A stretch of 64,000 nt of DNA from a virus (Duplodnaviria; Heunggongvirae; Uroviricota; Caudoviricetes), in IMG/VR virus record IMGVR_UViG_3300042484_002423; one strand, 5' to 3'. The notes under the pieces were generated by a model. It ran no database searches, had not been told where the DNA came from, and saw nothing but the letters and a program-made list of their open reading frames with translations. Both the position numbers and the translations under genes were made by a program. Numbering within the stretch: position 1 is the first letter of the stretch; every line of letters begins with the position of its first letter. Positions 27,601-34,388 of the stretch are shown here, in pieces.

Positions 27601-30432
27601 TGGCAAGCTGCAAGCCCAGATTCAACTGCGGTTTCAAGTCCAACATTTGACCTTGAAGACTGGACTCTGGTCAACGCAGGAACCTACAACGGCGGCCTAG
27701 GATTATCTGGTGTTGATCGTACCATGGGTCTTTATGTGCCTGGTGTTAATCAGCCCGGACTTGAATTACCACTATTGATTGACGGCGTAGAATACCCCGG
27801 GGTTCAAGTTTATGGCGATTACTTCTTGGGAAATCCTGCAAACACCGACGTCACGTATGAGAGTGAATTTACTGACGTTGCCCTTGGCGACAGATTCACA
27901 GACATCAATGTTGTAGGCGGCGAATTTATTGGCCCTTATGAAGGACATGCACCTGAAGAGTTAGTGAATGGTGCTGAATTTGATACCTTGGACATGCGTG
28001 TGTACACACGACCAGGCGCTGATTGGAATCGTGACGGTCACGGATTCCAAATTGGAACAGTTCGTTATACATATGAACCTGCAATCTCACCAACATACAG
28101 TTGGGCTGGAGTGGTGGATCATCCGGTGCAAGTCTTGGTCAGTAACTTAACAACTGGACTTGATCTTCATCTAGCAACAGATTTTACCATTGACTGGGAC
28201 AATCAAAACATAACCATATTAACCGGAGTAACCACTGGACAAATTATCAACATCAGTGTTTACGAACTTGGCGGCGGCAGTCAGTTGTACCGAGCCAACT
28301 ACATTGGAGCCGAAGTTGGTCAGACCGTTACTATCCCGGTAAACAACGCTGAAATTTACAGCATTGCAGTGTTTGTAAACGGTGAAGCAACAACTGGTAT
28401 AACCTGGGAAGCATATACTGAAAATCAGCCTTGGAACATTTTGCAAACTTGGCAAAAGTTTGACATTGTTACTCAAACTGGCCAGTACTATCGAGCCTTG
28501 CAAGAAGTTCCCCCAAGAACCGCAATAACCAATGTTTTGTACTGGTTGGCATTTGTGCCCACATTAGAAACACAAGTAGACTTTGGTACCACATATGGCG
28601 TAGATGATGGCATTGCTCTTGTGGCATTTGGCTATACGACTCCACAGCAGTATGAATGGAGTACCCCGCAGGCACAGTACGTGGTTGCAGATCCGCAGCT
28701 GGTAAACACCAAGACTATTCAATTAACCAACAGCATGCAAGGTACAAACCCTGCAAACTTGGTAGTAACACAAAACGGTCGACGTTTACGACCTGCCGAC
28801 GGCATTGAATGGTTTGGCGACGATTCCAGTGTGAGTTTTGGACTGCCACAGCGTGGTGGATACAGTCAAAGCATTATCAATGCCCCAATTGATGTACAAG
28901 TGTGGGTGGACAATGAGCTACAACAACAAAGCTTTGGTATAACCACTGGTGTCTACAGTGTAACAAACTGGACTGGATCAAATACACCCGGGCGCCAAGT
29001 GGTGTTTAACACTCCGCCAGCAGCAGGCGCACGTATTCTGATATCAGTTGATACTCAAGCAGGGTACACATTGTCAGGCAGTCAGTTGCAAATTATTGTA
29101 CCAATTAACCTCAATGACGAAATTACAATAACTTCTTGGAATGACACTGCACAGCAAAACTTGTTGACCTTGGTGTTCCAGGGCCCTGTGGTTACTGGAA
29201 CTGTAGTGCAACAGGGATTTAGCGAAGTTGACTATGATCCGCTGTGGGTCAATGCGGTTACCACTGGTACAATACCTGCAACTGCTCTTGCAACAGGTGA
29301 AGTATACACCATTGTTTTGGCTGGAACCACAGACTTTACTCTATATGGCGCTGCAAACAACACTCCAGGCACAGTGTTTACCAGCACTGCGACCACTGGC
29401 CCCGGCGCTGGCACAGGTACTGTTACAGGTAACATATATTCACGCAGTGGAGCCACTAATGCGTTCAATGGTGATCCAGGTGCATATGATTACTCTCAAG
29501 GTGTGGTTAATATCAACAATGATTTCTATTTGCAGCGAGAAGATATTGTGGCCAGCAGATTGTGGGTCACGCTTGATGGCGATAGACTATTTGAAGGTAT
29601 TGACTATACCGTGCAAGATGGGTATTTGATCTTGGCTTCGGGCGCAATCAGTTCTTTGCAAGTTCTTGCAGTTACTGAGTGCACAAGTTCTGTGGTACCA
29701 GAAGCCATGGCATTCCGCATTTTCCAAGACATGCGTGGTGTGCAGGCAACTTATAGAATTACCGTAGCGTCAACTACTGCCTTGAGTCAACCACTTGGTG
29801 CACTTGATAATGTGATTTATTTTACAAATGCAAGTGCACTAACTGAACCCAATTTGGAAATTGGAGCTTTTGGTGTAATAACCATTGACGGCGAACGAAT
29901 CATGTATCGTGAAATTGATCTAGCAACCAATTCTGTCAGCAGCTTGTTAAGAGGCACAGCAGGCACAGCAGCCGCAAGCCATGCTGTTGGTGCAATTGTG
30001 TATGACATAGGCCGTGGCAATTTGTTGGCACAACCATACCAAGATTATGTGGTCAAAGATACCAGTATTGGTGACGGCACAACCAGCGTGTTCTATGCCC
30101 CAAGCATTTCTATTGGACAGGATCAAGACAGCAGCAGCGAACGTCAAGCAATAGAAGTTTATGTGGGTGGAGTGAGACAATATGCCTACAGCGACACAAC
30201 AGCTGAAAGTCAATATCGATGGTTTGTAACTGATTTTGATCCTGTTGCAATTGATTTTGTGGTAGATTCTGAGGTTTATCCACCACTTGCTGCGCCTCCA
30301 GCAGGGCAAGAAGTTACTATTTTGGTGCGCCGAGGTGTAACTTGGTATGCCCCGGGTATAAACGAGCCCAGCGACGGGGTTGCATTGCAAGATACCAACA
30401 CAGTTCCTGCAAGGTTCTTGAGAGGGCTGTAA
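15682..30432 (+). CDS. Giant (4916 aa) tail fibre / baseplate protein containing a seven-blade FG-GAP-type beta-propeller and other repeat domains.
   Basis: The ORF is uninterrupted over 14.7 kb with an ATG start overlapping the upstream stop (ATGA). It lies in the fibre position after the gpJ-like gene. FG-GAP-like blades occur at about 22801-25160. Tandem GxGYTxAP motifs occur at about 27220-27400. Confidence 0.8.
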   Translation: MMATVRSVDFLPEIFQTDANKQFLRATLDQLVQEPKYQKTQGFIGRTVGPGVNPNDRYVVEPNATRANYQLEPGVVSLEPGTNKIKDTITYPGINDAVAYQGGNSARPDRLYSSEYYSWDPFVDFDTFVNFSQYFWVPDGPPVVDVSSTGIPVTDNFTVTRQNGVYAFSGVSGTNPIIELVRGGSYTFQVAQNNKETVNYRVRNNSINAYIVDNQSNPTLTLVRGNTYVFNLTLNGVFPFWIKTQPTTGIGDVYSSGVTRNGSTSGLVTFTVPQDAPDTLYYASQNQINMQGRFDIVDGVPGTGPGFWIQAAPGINGTLPATPNISSRDVYGVENNGEDLGTIVFNVPYKTAQNFYYNLPSISQVDLITGLNFDQINNMPVAEFIANYGGIDGISNLEGRTLVFAKTSQETEAGGWSRTTLFDPLAPGAANNGLIGSYDTVPYSQETEIPLVDRYQVWQISYVNNGGFDYIYLSKVLTVDPNTKFNISYGTVYSNTQWYKDATGVFKQIPLLSAVQDTLYYQDGTDPEIFGTIKLLEQTTSSTLFINDIIGKKTYTSPNGVTFTNGLKVRFTGSVDPASYGSGQSTITYTQTETGTNYISSLSANDLYVGQEIVFASPTLGGIEPGTTYFVRSIAANGLKFTISEVLNGTAVILQTGTGTSTATAISNKEYYVNGVGSAIELLPVTDFVTPESYVTGTDPTDLDYLTISRASKDLNPWTRSNRWFHIDVINAAAAYNNTTAVLDNTYRAKRPIIQFRPGLRLWNMGTSGKQPVDIIDFEETDAFTNIEGSTGYTTDGYTLVEGSRVIFAADEDVAVQNKIFVVSFITPDSTPPIGPPYTGQPIIHLTLAADGEVFTDQNTVVLYGNTTAGNTYWYNGTAWAQAQQKTLVQQAPLYNVYDPTGISFGDSTKYQSTTFAGSKLFSYAVGDTSIIDPILQFPLQYLNINNVGDIVFLNNLYNDTFLYVVDNVSVTSDISSGSVREYDSRSTFEKLLGWQTAAVDSQIYQQFKFTYSGENLKLDVAVKDQASIDVPVIKIYVGTQFQQQQNYTYSVGSNSTVITFGSDVVIPPGDIIEVLALSDETSRVGFYQVPINLESNPLNANSPRFTLGTIRTHYQSICENLTALSGPINGANNLRDLGNVVPYGLVILQQSAPLTLAGYFLRSKDYNIFDSIRYNSREYIKYKAQLMDAVIKQNIGFQTTGQILDTAIQDVTLGKVDTQPFYWSDMLPQGITTYSNTYTVSFITTNIFDTVQVYNYESANYLGLLVYLNEELLTRGVDYEVAIDGPRVTILTTLVVGDKITINEYSTTYGSFVPNTPTKLGLYPAWQPKIVEQESSNGLVQAIIGHDGSVTKLFGDLRDSVLLEFETRIYNNLKLDDNPVPLTVYDVLPGQFRDTGYAFSEISSILGTDLLSYCGWNKIDYKSQDFNSTNEFTWNYSSSQNKLNNENLLGAWRGIYRYFYDTQQPSLTPWEMLGFSIEPTWWQDRYGPAPYTSDNLVLWDDLEAGYVADPVVPYYLPEFARPGLTTVLPTGTQGELVSPLNSVVGGFDNLQIQKSWAVGDGGPVEASWWNSSGYAFAVMQVLAVTRPAKFFALFADRDLYRYNNEYQQYLYNNRYRLDANGIEVYGNGVSKASYINWIVDYNRITGIDSTNTLSADLKNLDVRLCYRMASFSDKQYIKLYTEKSSPNSTNTALLIPDESYDLILYKNQIFDRITYSSVAIQKTASGGYAVFGYGTTQPYFNIVASKSVGRLQTYSSGGVTIKVPTFYTDNIVQVPYGFVFESVTSVADFLLSYGKYLDKQGLSFTNVANGYVLDWPRMVNEFLYWSQQGWSDDAIINLNPLADGLTITKLLSVVDNIRAQTTENSVLDQNSREFPARNLNIVRVGNTFALQSLNDQSISFVDLNFTNYEHIIVLNNQSVFGDLIYDPTTGARQSRLNLIALTSDDWDGTVNAPGFILNQDNVQEWTGLRTYSKGEIVKYKNVYWSALKIVQPGATFNFNDWAQSDYNQIELGLLPNIANKADQLVTTYDINSANIETDTDLLSYGLIGFRPRQYLAALNLSDVSQVNVYRQFLGNKGTILSAELFKGANFGKEAADYDVYENWAVQRAVYGANANRSFFELRLNRALLNANPSLIQVVYPQQTSQADQAILLSNVWRQSYKLTSTDILPTTTELPTDIGLPTAGYVSLNDVDLTVFNINDTASLDENLDSIKVGTSIWVAKINDYDWNIYRAESVPGIIEHVCDNLDGTSRVIFNKQHGLSAGDKLIIKFFDTEVNGVYTVLSVVNLNTVNIRFRFTGDRAVANGQGLGFTLQTMRVAQASDVLNLPYANTLVPGAKVWVDNDSNGLWEVLEKQEVFSSNTVLSPKLLDKDEQYGSSIAQARNRLAVFVGSPRYNFGSGIAKGALYVYVKNSEGNYTPVSPLGEDDAILTLDSTGVRGYGNAVAFGDQTWAVAGASASLGTGSLPNVGYVSVIYRDPALGQPGVIPYAQWQLLTPHSSGDRALAGEFGYAVTMSQDERWMYVGAPGINKVYAYGRVDYQDQFVRTRGNGVTTQVYITNTIQIDQATQLKVIVDNRVLTLGVDYTVHSQSGVFDYVEFTTAPAVDVLIDIQRIYVQPFSSVTNTISLNENLFTADNIYSFSISVNNILLRPFIDYTFDEITKDVTFTPALSSASVLVNSQSYFEYVATLDTTSLGLISGARFGQSVSCSTDGRQVMIGASYQTVTGKVEAGAVYVFDRNVQRFIYGTDASSTSFTLLGTVTAPMSVIVNNVFYLNQDAAAVNATNTFVWDGANTVTINGNLQIGDVVEIETNQFRLIQAIPQNQVAEFSNYGAAVDLCSYNCSLYTGAPQSSLQAYKTGTVERRVNQSRVYGTTTSLAANATLTTGNTIRVNNQDVAVPGAWSSLSSYNKDTVVYNTSGSVTTIYRALQQVSPGIAITNTSYWSTVSSTTSLARIYVQALAAQIVASVPNVLATVNTNGYLTVSVKNNNAAPEFNKVQVAPGSVGTAFDTLNFVTYAWTQNIQSPYPVEFGGFGSSLEIDDSALNLVVGAPKGTLYIVQEFDDGTTIFDVGATEFFAIIVQSGAVYTFDYLPSATQSITNPGKFVFGSQISSNDLYSYDLFGTAVSYNSGVLMVGSPGTDIGDSSSSNFGGVFVYENPSRQPAWTIVTKQQPVVDIRLLNSVFLYDRITSATTEFLDFINPLQGKILGAARQNIDYIGAVDPAAYNAGPVNIRGTTWRENHIGEIWWDTSTARFIDPNQDNITYASRRWSQLFTGSSVDVYQWIASPLPPALYNSEGVPKDTVSYTINSRLSKDGTIVTEYYFWVRGITVTATKTGKTLPASTVANYIESPRASGIPYIAPINANTIAIYNANEYIEAEDTIINIEFDRELTTSNVHVEYELIAQDRADGFLSTNLYRKLQDSFCGVDSFGNLVPDVNLNPAERYGVQFRPRQSMFVDRFAALKNYLTRANAVLAQFPVSENRSFNLLNSAEPEPSASSSKWNLRVANLEILGFQNINSVPLGYRYLVVTDSNNRGLWTIYTVEASDSVVGQRELVLTSVQGYNTQDYWSYINWYRPGYNSSTRVITEVNTFSSLSTLSVPVGSSVKVTANAQGKWEIYLLTELAWERVGLQDGTIAFSAELWDYALGRFGFDVEVFDAQYFDQEPVIETRKIIQAINEELFVDDLAIERNRALVLMFNFVLSEFSAPEWLVKTSLIDVDHRIRELIPYQNYIRDNQEFVEQYIKEVKPYHVQIREFNLKYSGFDRYLGDATDFDVPAYYDTSLEIPQYISPILLPYTAGTAFNSESNVLSNTPASSTLWQTWPYSQWYSNYLLELVTIEVIDGGVGYTEAPSIEVSGYAAVPAQAVAVLNSFGQITAINITSPGSGYTAAPEIIFNGGNGTGVRAYPIMSGQGLGQNYNSSTVPETVNNYTLARSFRTVIKYDRFQYQSSVVDWESNATYQDGTLVRYDDRVWQAASPDSTAVSSPTFDLEDWTLVNAGTYNGGLGLSGVDRTMGLYVPGVNQPGLELPLLIDGVEYPGVQVYGDYFLGNPANTDVTYESEFTDVALGDRFTDINVVGGEFIGPYEGHAPEELVNGAEFDTLDMRVYTRPGADWNRDGHGFQIGTVRYTYEPAISPTYSWAGVVDHPVQVLVSNLTTGLDLHLATDFTIDWDNQNITILTGVTTGQIINISVYELGGGSQLYRANYIGAEVGQTVTIPVNNAEIYSIAVFVNGEATTGITWEAYTENQPWNILQTWQKFDIVTQTGQYYRALQEVPPRTAITNVLYWLAFVPTLETQVDFGTTYGVDDGIALVAFGYTTPQQYEWSTPQAQYVVADPQLVNTKTIQLTNSMQGTNPANLVVTQNGRRLRPADGIEWFGDDSSVSFGLPQRGGYSQSIINAPIDVQVWVDNELQQQSFGITTGVYSVTNWTGSNTPGRQVVFNTPPAAGARILISVDTQAGYTLSGSQLQIIVPINLNDEITITSWNDTAQQNLLTLVFQGPVVTGTVVQQGFSEVDYDPLWVNAVTTGTIPATALATGEVYTIVLAGTTDFTLYGAANNTPGTVFTSTATTGPGAGTGTVTGNIYSRSGATNAFNGDPGAYDYSQGVVNINNDFYLQREDIVASRLWVTLDGDRLFEGIDYTVQDGYLILASGAISSLQVLAVTECTSSVVPEAMAFRIFQDMRGVQATYRITVASTTALSQPLGALDNVIYFTNASALTEPNLEIGAFGVITIDGERIMYREIDLATNSVSSLLRGTAGTAAASHAVGAIVYDIGRGNLLAQPYQDYVVKDTSIGDGTTSVFYAPSISIGQDQDSSSERQAIEVYVGGVRQYAYSDTTAESQYRWFVTDFDPVAIDFVVDSEVYPPLAAPPAGQEVTILVRRGVTWYAPGINEPSDGVALQDTNTVPARFLRGL
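22801..25160 (+). other. Seven FG-GAP / integrin-alpha-like beta-propeller blades within the giant ORF, with a ~150-aa insertion between blades 3 and 4.
   Basis: Blades identified by eye include YGSSIAQARNRLAVFVGSP...GALYVYV, AFGDQTWAVAGAS...GYVSVIY, FGYAVTMSQDERWMYVGAPGINKVYAY, FGQSVSCSTDGRQVMIGAS...GAVYVFD, YGAAVDLCSYNCSLYTGAP, FGSSLEIDDSALNLVVGAPKGTLYIV and FGTAVSYNSGVLMVGSPG...GGVFVYE. Confidence 0.5.
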
Positions 30433-30446
30433 AACAAGGTAAATAA

Positions 30447-30602
30447 ATGACCATGGCAAATATACCGCAAAAATCACAAGTTGAGCAGCACAAGCAAGCG
30501 CAACCACGAAAACCAAACGAAACTGGATCTATTTCAGTGCAAGCACACATGCGCATCTTTGATCCCAAAACACAAAAAACTTATGTGGAGGGACGAGCAT
30601 GA
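30447..30602 (+). CDS. Small basic/Gln-rich ORF (51 aa) translationally coupled (ATGA) to the next gene. It is below the ORF-track size cut-off.
   Basis: An ATG at 30447 is preceded by AAGGT. The frame is open to TGA at 30600-30602, which overlaps the ATG at 30599. It is embedded in the intergenic region after the giant gene. Confidence 0.3.
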   Translation: MTMANIPQKSQVEQHKQAQPRKPNETGSISVQAHMRIFDPKTQKTYVEGRA

Positions 30603-31204
30603 TTGATCCTGGACTGGCCAAAATAACAGGACATGTAAAAGTACATGACCCCAAAAGCGGTGAAATCTTTTATGATGATCACAATGCTATCCATTACGAA
30701 AATATTTCTGTGGCCATGGCACAAACTCTAAGCGACAGAAACATTGGATACATCTATCAAATGGCATTTGGCAACGGCGGTAGCAGTGTAGACCCCACAG
30801 GAGTCATTACATATTTGCCCCCAAATACCACAGGTCAGAACGCAGATTTGTACAATCAAACCTATGCCAAAGTTGTCAACGACAACTCAGCAGCTGATAC
30901 TGATCCTGACAATAACAAAATGACTGTGCTGCACACCGCAGGAAACGTTTATACAGATATTTTAGTAACATGTTTGCTGGATTATGGTGAACCACCTGAA
31001 CAGCAAGCATTTGATAACAGCACAAACTTCAATGGTGAATTTGTGTTCGATGAACTAGGACTTAAAGTTTGGAACGGTGCAGCAGATAATCTACGCTTGA
31101 TTACTCATGTAATTTTTCACCCAGTACAAAAGAGCTTGAACCGTCAAATACAAATTGACTACACTCTGCGAATCCAAACACTCAGCAACATAAATGCTGT
31201 ATAA
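30599..31204 (+). CDS. Hypothetical structural protein (201 aa).
   Basis: ATG-initiated ORF in the fibre module between the giant gene and the tail-fibre gene. Confidence 0.5.
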   Translation: MIDPGLAKITGHVKVHDPKSGEIFYDDHNAIHYENISVAMAQTLSDRNIGYIYQMAFGNGGSSVDPTGVITYLPPNTTGQNADLYNQTYAKVVNDNSAADTDPDNNKMTVLHTAGNVYTDILVTCLLDYGEPPEQQAFDNSTNFNGEFVFDELGLKVWNGAADNLRLITHVIFHPVQKSLNRQIQIDYTLRIQTLSNINAV

Positions 31205-31207
31205 ATA
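31200..31207 (+). promoter_or_regulatory. Perfect T4-type late promoter box TATAAATA, 25 nt upstream of the tail-fibre ATG.
   Basis: An exact TATAAATA is followed by a leader containing an AGGAACAGG RBS. A gp55-like late sigma factor is encoded at 683-1582. Confidence 0.5.
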
Positions 31208-31232
31208 TTGAAAATAGGAACAGGTAACTGAC

Positions 31233-33050
31233 ATGGCATATACAATCAACCTAACTGATGGTACAGTTTTTGCAACAATTAACGACGGTACCGTTAACAC
31301 TTCAAGCAGTCTTACGCTTGTGGGCAAGAACTACGCTGGATACGGTGAGTTTTTAGACGAAAACTTTATTCAAATACTAGAAAACTTTTCTAGTGATTCC
31401 AGCGGCGGAAACCCCACTGTTGGTCAACTGGCATCACCACTGACTGGTCAGTTGTGGTGGGACAAGACCAATGCTCTGCTCAAAGTATACAACGGTACTA
31501 TTTGGAAAACCATTAGTGCAGCCACTGCCAGTGCAACAGCGCCCACTTCAAACGTCACCGGTGACTTGTGGTATGACACAGTCAACCAGCAGGTCAAGGT
31601 ATACACTGGCACAGGATTTATTGTTGTAGGCCCAGCATTTACTTCTACACAAGGCACAACTGGCGCTATTCCTGAAACCATTACTGATTCTGGTGCCACA
31701 TCACACTTTGTCACAAGCTTATACGTCAACAACGTTCGCGTGGCCATTGTAAGCCAAGACGCCAACTTTACACCTGCTGCCCCTATTGTTACAAACTTTC
31801 CTGTAGTGTACACTGGTATCACATTGGCCAGTGCTGGTCTAGCAGGAAGCCCAGCTCTATTTGCAGGATCTGCAACCAATGCTCAATTGTTAGACAGCCT
31901 GGATTCTACAGACTTCATGCGAGCCACAGCCAACACAGCTACTACTGGCCGTTTGCAGGTCAACAACGCCAACGGTATCTACATTGGTACTGGCAACGCT
32001 GTTCAAATCAGTCAAAGCACAAATGATGGTTTGATCACTGGCGGCATCAGTGGCGGTAATGTTGTTATTCAAGCCAACGTTGGTGGAACTGCACAAACAG
32101 TTGCAACAGCCTTGGGCACTGGAATATTTTCAGTTGCAAACTCAGCAACAGTGGGGACAACATTAAGTGCTGCTGGTAACATTACTGGCGGCAATATTAA
32201 CACAGGCGGAGTAGTCAGTGCAACTGGTAACATTCGTGGAGGAAACGTAGTTTCAGTTGCAGCCGTTTCAGGAGTAAGCATAGTTGCCAGCGGCAACGTG
32301 GATTCTGGAAATCTTCGTACTAGTGGTCTAATCAGCGCCACTGGCAACATTTCCAGTGCTGCCAACATTGCTGGCACATTCTTTATTGGTAACGGTAGTC
32401 AGCTTACTGGGTTAAGTGCTGCTGTCAGCGTGACCAAGATTGTAAACGGAACATCAAACGTTGATATCAACGCAAGTGGTGGCAACGTAAGTTTTACAGT
32501 TGGGGGCACAGCCAACGTTGTGGTAATTGATACTTCAACCGTGTATGCCAACGTTGTCAGCGTAAACAGTATTGCCAAAACAGGAACAAACGCTGTGGGC
32601 AATATTGGTTCAAGCTCTAACTACTTTAACCAAGTGTTTGCCACAGCAACCACAGCACTATATGCTGACGTTGCAGAACGCTTTGCAGCAGACGAAGTAC
32701 TAGAGCCTGGCACAGTTGTTGAACTAGGTGGTGTCAATGAAATCACACGAGCCAAAGCTGATCTGAGCGAAAACGTGTTTGGCGTGATAAGTACAAGGCC
32801 TGCTTACACCATGAACGGTGGTGCTGGTGACGATGCTACACACCCCAAGGTTGCTATGACCGGACGTGTGCCTGTAAAGGTTATTGGTTGTGTACGCAAG
32901 GGTGATCGTTTGGTATCAGCTGGAAGCGGTATTGCACGAGCTGCACAAGCTGGCGAAATCACAGCCTTTAACGTGATTGGACGAAGCTTGGTTGACAAAC
33001 TCACCACAGAATCAGGTACAATTGAAGCAATTGTTACAATTAAGAATTAA
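31233..33050 (+). CDS. Tail fibre protein (605 aa) with Gly/Asn-rich GNIxGGN repeat shaft and a conserved-looking C-terminal domain.
   Basis: The N-terminus MAYTINLTDGTVFATINDGTVNTSSSLTLVGKNYAGYG is fibre-like. Repeats of the form TGNIRGGNVVS / SGNVDSGNLRTSG are present. A late-promoter box lies upstream. Confidence 0.6.
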   Translation: MAYTINLTDGTVFATINDGTVNTSSSLTLVGKNYAGYGEFLDENFIQILENFSSDSSGGNPTVGQLASPLTGQLWWDKTNALLKVYNGTIWKTISAATASATAPTSNVTGDLWYDTVNQQVKVYTGTGFIVVGPAFTSTQGTTGAIPETITDSGATSHFVTSLYVNNVRVAIVSQDANFTPAAPIVTNFPVVYTGITLASAGLAGSPALFAGSATNAQLLDSLDSTDFMRATANTATTGRLQVNNANGIYIGTGNAVQISQSTNDGLITGGISGGNVVIQANVGGTAQTVATALGTGIFSVANSATVGTTLSAAGNITGGNINTGGVVSATGNIRGGNVVSVAAVSGVSIVASGNVDSGNLRTSGLISATGNISSAANIAGTFFIGNGSQLTGLSAAVSVTKIVNGTSNVDINASGGNVSFTVGGTANVVVIDTSTVYANVVSVNSIAKTGTNAVGNIGSSSNYFNQVFATATTALYADVAERFAADEVLEPGTVVELGGVNEITRAKADLSENVFGVISTRPAYTMNGGAGDDATHPKVAMTGRVPVKVIGCVRKGDRLVSAGSGIARAAQAGEITAFNVIGRSLVDKLTTESGTIEAIVTIKN

Positions 33051-33064
33051 ATAGGAATATCACA

Positions 33065-34027
33065 ATGACTTATTCAGCTGGCGGACTAATCCAGGCCACA
33101 GACTACAACGGTTTTGCAAGCACCAACTCAAATGCAAACGTTAACGATGTATGGTCAACTGGCTCAGCTGACAAAGGCTGGGGACAGACTGCTCTAGCCA
33201 CTGTTAGTGCTGCTGGAACAGTAACGGCAACACAGTGGGCAGACCTTGTAAACAGAATATCAAGCATGGGCAGCCAAACTAGTACGTCTATTACAGCAAG
33301 AACTGCGCCCACAACTGGTAGCACAATTAGTATTTTAGCTGCTCTAAATACTGATCTAACCAACATCACCACCAACCGAAACAACGCAGCAGCAGTGGGT
33401 ACACAATTTACAGGATGGACCGGAACCAACAGTAAAACTGCTGCCACCAGCGGTGCAACCTGGACCATTACCTTTACCAACACTATCACATTTGCAAGTG
33501 CTGCTGCTGCAAGATATTTCTTTAATGGTGGCGGCCTTGTCAAGATTGATGTGAGCAAAACAGCTACAGGCGCCCTTGGTGACCCAGAATGGAACGACTT
33601 GGCCACCACCTTGTGCGGAGACATTTATATTTCAGGTGTGGCTGCGTCACACACAATTTCAGGTACAGCTTATACCGGTGTTACCAAAACTGGTGGGACT
33701 GGCACACCCAACACTCTTGCTACTACTCTAGGCTGGTACAACTTGACCACAAGTAACCAGATCATATACAAACAGTTTGCTGACACTGCACCATACACTG
33801 CCAACTTTATTCAGCATTCGGCTCGAACTGCTGGCACCGGCACACAGTTAATTATTGACACTGTTTGGAGTGCCAGTGATGGTGACTCAATTTCTGGTGG
33901 AACAGCCGCTTCGGGAGCCACGCCGGGCACAGCACCTTGTACTATTGTTACATATTTTCCACCATCATCAACATACTTGACCACTGCTAGTTGGGGAACA
34001 CCCACTGTTGCAGCTACAACAACTTAA
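33065..34027 (+). CDS. Tail-fibre-associated / distal fibre protein (320 aa), Thr/Ala/Gly-rich.
   Basis: ATG-initiated ORF directly after the tail-fibre gene. Its composition is typical of fibre tip proteins. A terminator hairpin follows. Confidence 0.45.
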   Translation: MTYSAGGLIQATDYNGFASTNSNANVNDVWSTGSADKGWGQTALATVSAAGTVTATQWADLVNRISSMGSQTSTSITARTAPTTGSTISILAALNTDLTNITTNRNNAAAVGTQFTGWTGTNSKTAATSGATWTITFTNTITFASAAAARYFFNGGGLVKIDVSKTATGALGDPEWNDLATTLCGDIYISGVAASHTISGTAYTGVTKTGGTGTPNTLATTLGWYNLTTSNQIIYKQFADTAPYTANFIQHSARTAGTGTQLIIDTVWSASDGDSISGGTAASGATPGTAPCTIVTYFPPSSTYLTTASWGTPTVAATTT

Positions 34028-34030
34028 CCT

Positions 34031-34050
34031 AAAGGCTCTTTGGAGCCTTT
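34031..34050 (+). terminator. Stem-loop AAAGGCTC-tttg-GAGCCTTT followed by a U-rich tract (acCTTT), sitting 3 nt after the fibre-gene stop. Putative weak intrinsic terminator.
   Basis: A perfect 8-bp inverted repeat with a 4-nt loop is seen in the sequence. It is positioned at the end of the structural operon. Confidence 0.4.
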
Positions 34051-34054
34051 ACCT

Positions 34055-34076
34055 TTGACAATTTTTCCTGTATAAT
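34055..34076 (+). promoter_or_regulatory. Sigma70-like promoter elements upstream of the modification island: TTGACA at 34055-34060 and TGTATAAT/TATAAT at 34069-34076. The spacing is non-canonical. The -10 box ends 6 nt before the ATG at 34083, so the transcript may be leaderless.
   Basis: The hexamers are seen directly. The spacer is only 10 nt, so -35 usage is uncertain. Confidence 0.3.
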
Positions 34077-34082
34077 AGCAAC

Positions 34083-34388
34083 ATGGATACTGATGCGTTA
34101 ATGGCTCATTCGCGAGCACGTTTTGATCATGCTGTGGCAAAACGGTTGTTGAAAGAAAAATACCAAGCTCGAATGTTGTTCGCCTATCACGGCGGTATGT
34201 TTAGGGCTGGCCCAGAACTACAAACCACACTGCTAACATGCCCGGATGCAACCGCAGTGATTCTGGACCTGTACGAAAACCCTGTTCAGGTTGACACCAA
34301 AGAGCTGTACGCCCAAAGCCAACAACGCTGGCAAGAGCAAATGAACGCTTGGCTGGTAGAATATGAAGCAAACAATCAAAAGCGATGA
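34083..34388 (+). CDS. Hypothetical protein (101 aa), first gene of the plus-strand modification operon.
   Basis: ATG start. The stop overlaps the next ATG (ATGA). Confidence 0.5.
   Translation: MDTDALMAHSRARFDHAVAKRLLKEKYQARMLFAYHGGMFRAGPELQTTLLTCPDATAVILDLYENPVQVDTKELYAQSQQRWQEQMNAWLVEYEANNQKR

Noticed and set aside
31233-33050. C-terminal domain of the tail fibre as an S74 intramolecular-chaperone peptidase
   Set aside because: The DVAERF...GVIST motif is suggestive, but I cannot identify the Ser-Lys catalytic dyad with confidence by eye. It is left as an unspecified conserved C-terminal domain.
5541-33624. Other embedded track ORFs within large structural genes (for example 5541-6032, 6702-7007, 11023-11604, 20091-20350, 29947-30516, 31448-31879, 33103-33624)
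   Set aside because: They overlap long ORFs that have clear structural-protein features. They are typical spurious reverse-frame ORFs in GC-balanced phage DNA.
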